A stretch of DNA of 27,752 nt, from NCBI GenBank assembly GCA_038826135.1, contig JAWBON010000007.1, forward strand, positions 2,692 to 30,443, given 5' to 3'. The stretch's first letter is position 1. The number at the start of each line of letters is the position of its first letter. This DNA is from Candidatus Odinarchaeota archaeon (GTDB lineage: Archaea; Asgardarchaeota; Odinarchaeia; Odinarchaeales; Odinarchaeaceae). A program made the position numbers and the translations under genes. The notes below the pieces were generated by a model that saw only the letters and a program-made list of their open reading frames with translations, searched no databases and was not told where the DNA came from. Shown here one piece after another: positions 26,178 to 27,752 of the stretch.

Positions 26178-27752
26178 TTAAGTTGATGTTCTAGCTATCT
26201 GTTCGTTTTCATTTAACCGCTCTTTTAACGCAGATGATTTTTTCCCCCTTCCATGCGTAGTTGTACCCTGGTCTTTACTATCGGATTCTAAATTAGAGTT
26301 CTGAGCGGGCTCCGGTGTAGGAGGCTGGGTAATCGATTTTATAGGTCTTGTTCTCTCATATTCGTACTCTTCTTTAAGGTTTAAAACACCTTTAACAGTT
26401 TCATCATCTAATCTTTCGATGATGAACCCCATCTTTTGCAGTACGGATTGAGCTACGTAATTATTTTTCAACATAATCGCGTAGAGTTTTTCAATACCTC
26501 TATCCTTGCAGATTTCAATCATGAAATCAACTAGCTTGGAGCCCAGTCCTAGACCTTGCCATGGATCAGCTACGACGAAGGCTATTTCCCCTTCTTTACC
26601 GTCAGGTTCCAGATTCAACCTGACCACTCCAAGTATCATTCTTTTACCTTTAATAACCGCCTCCGCTACTATTCCAAGCTCTCGATCATAGTCATTGTTG
26701 CAGTATCTTATACGAACTTCATGCGGCATATCCTTTATAATTTGGAAAAACCGGAATTTTATAGTCTCAGCTGAAAAGTTTTGGAACATTTCCAGCCATA
26801 AAGGCTCATCCTCGGGTTTTATAGGTCTAAGTAAAACTGGTGTTCCATCCGGCAGCCTCCACATCTGCTCGTATTTTTTAGGATACGGGCTTATGACAAG
26901 GTGATCATGTCTTTCAAACTGGGTGTAGACTAAAGAAGGGTCGATTATAATTCTAGCATCTAATGCACATATTTTATCTTGACCGACAAGCATCGGGTTT
27001 ATATCAACCTCTTTTATCTGCGGGAAATCAACTAACATATTTGAAAATCTAACCATCGCGCCCTCCAATAATTTAATGTCCGCGGGTGGAATATTCCTGA
27101 AACCCTTCAATAATTTATAAACTTTAGTTTCTTCCATTATCCTTTTCGCTAATGTCTCGTTTAACGGTGGTAAACCTACACTTACATCTTTAAACAGTTC
27201 CACGCCTATTCCACCCATTCCGAAGAGAACTATAGGGCCGAAAAGCGGGTCTTTTTTAGCCCCTAAAATCACCTCCGTGCCTTTAAAGTTAATCATAGGC
27301 GAGATGGTAACACCGTGAATTTCAGCTTCAGGCTTATATCTTTTAGCGTTGTCCAGTATTTGCCGATATGCTTTTCTTACCTCCTCTTCATTTTTTATAT
27401 CTAAAATAACACCGCCAGCGTCTGATTTATGAATTATTTGAGGTGAGAGAATCTTCATCACAACCGGATAACCTAATCTCGCGGCTACTCTAACAGCCTC
27501 ATCCTCTGATGTAGCAGTGATAGTTTTCGCAACAGGTAGACCGTAATATTCTAAGAATTTTTTAGATTCAGCCTCGTTAAGCCTCTCCCTGTTCTCCACT
27601 GCAGCGTTACGCATTATTACCATTAATGGTCGTTTAGGTGGATATGTTTCAACAGGTAATTCTTCAGGCGTCTCGTAGAGGAGTTCGAGATTGCGCTTAT
27701 ACTGGTACATGTACATGTATGTGGCAACCGCCTGTTCAGGTGTTGGGTAAGC
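26178..27752 (-). CDS. Acyl-CoA synthetase (NDP-forming)-like ATP-grasp fused to a GNAT acetyltransferase (Pat/PatZ type), 5' truncated by the window edge
   Basis: The frame is open to the window end (AYPTPEQAVATYM). LNEAESKKFL..YGLPV, GYPVVMKI.SPQIIHKSDAGGV, DPLFGP...FGMGG and EVDINP; then GNAT LLRPIKPED...VADPWQGLGLG. Confidence 0.9.
   Translation of the reverse strand, partial: AYPTPEQAVATYMYMYQYKRNLELLYETPEELPVETYPPKRPLMVIMRNAAVENRERLNEAESKKFLEYYGLPVAKTITATSEDEAVRVAARLGYPVVMKILSPQIIHKSDAGGVILDIKNEEEVRKAYRQILDNAKRYKPEAEIHGVTISPMINFKGTEVILGAKKDPLFGPIVLFGMGGIGVELFKDVSVGLPPLNETLAKRIMEETKVYKLLKGFRNIPPADIKLLEGAMVRFSNMLVDFPQIKEVDINPMLVGQDKICALDARIIIDPSLVYTQFERHDHLVISPYPKKYEQMWRLPDGTPVLLRPIKPEDEPLWLEMFQNFSAETIKFRFFQIIKDMPHEVRIRYCNNDYDRELGIVAEAVIKGKRMILGVVRLNLEPDGKEGEIAFVVADPWQGLGLGSKLVDFMIEICKDRGIEKLYAIMLKNNYVAQSVLQKMGFIIERLDDETVKGVLNLKEEYEYERTRPIKSITQPPTPEPAQNSNLESDSKDQGTTTHGRGKKSSALKERLNENEQIARTST

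Noticed and set aside
2105-26904. Numerous 60-170 aa ORFs antisense to or overlapping confident genes (e.g. 2105-2371, 5393-5785, 8928-9323, 18025-18537, 22710-22964)
   Set aside because: They are shadow ORFs of well-supported genes on the opposite strand, with no recognisable motifs.
1-27752. CRISPR array or IS element
   Set aside because: No regularly spaced direct repeats, terminal inverted repeats with target duplications, or transposase ORFs were seen.

Overview
Archaeal chromosomal window (low GC, TACK/Asgard-like gene set; an Asgard lineage such as Odinarchaeia is only an inference). It is mostly core informational genes: pheS/pheT, tyrS, Taw2-like, dnaG, NAC, PAN, aMBF1, Trm56, TFE and PPAT. 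It also carries transport genes, an orphan A/V-ATPase subunit D, an orphan MtrH-like methyltransferase and a partial Pat-type acyl-CoA ligase/GNAT fusion. The standout feature is in the RNA genes. At 7760-7908 (minus strand) there is a circularly permuted 5S rRNA gene: the 3' half precedes the 5' half, and the native ends are joined by a UUCG loop. The gene is enclosed by a perfect bulge-helix-bulge (BHB) motif, and cleavage and ligation there would regenerate the conserved CGAACACGGA|AGUUAAGC sequence as a 122-nt circle. tRNA-Tyr(GTA) and tRNA-Trp(CCA) each appear to carry two introns (37/38 and 43/44) around a 6-nt micro-exon. A ~270-nt pseudoknot-rich putative ncRNA that I could not assign lies between pheT and taw2. 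All calls are by eye; no database searches were run.
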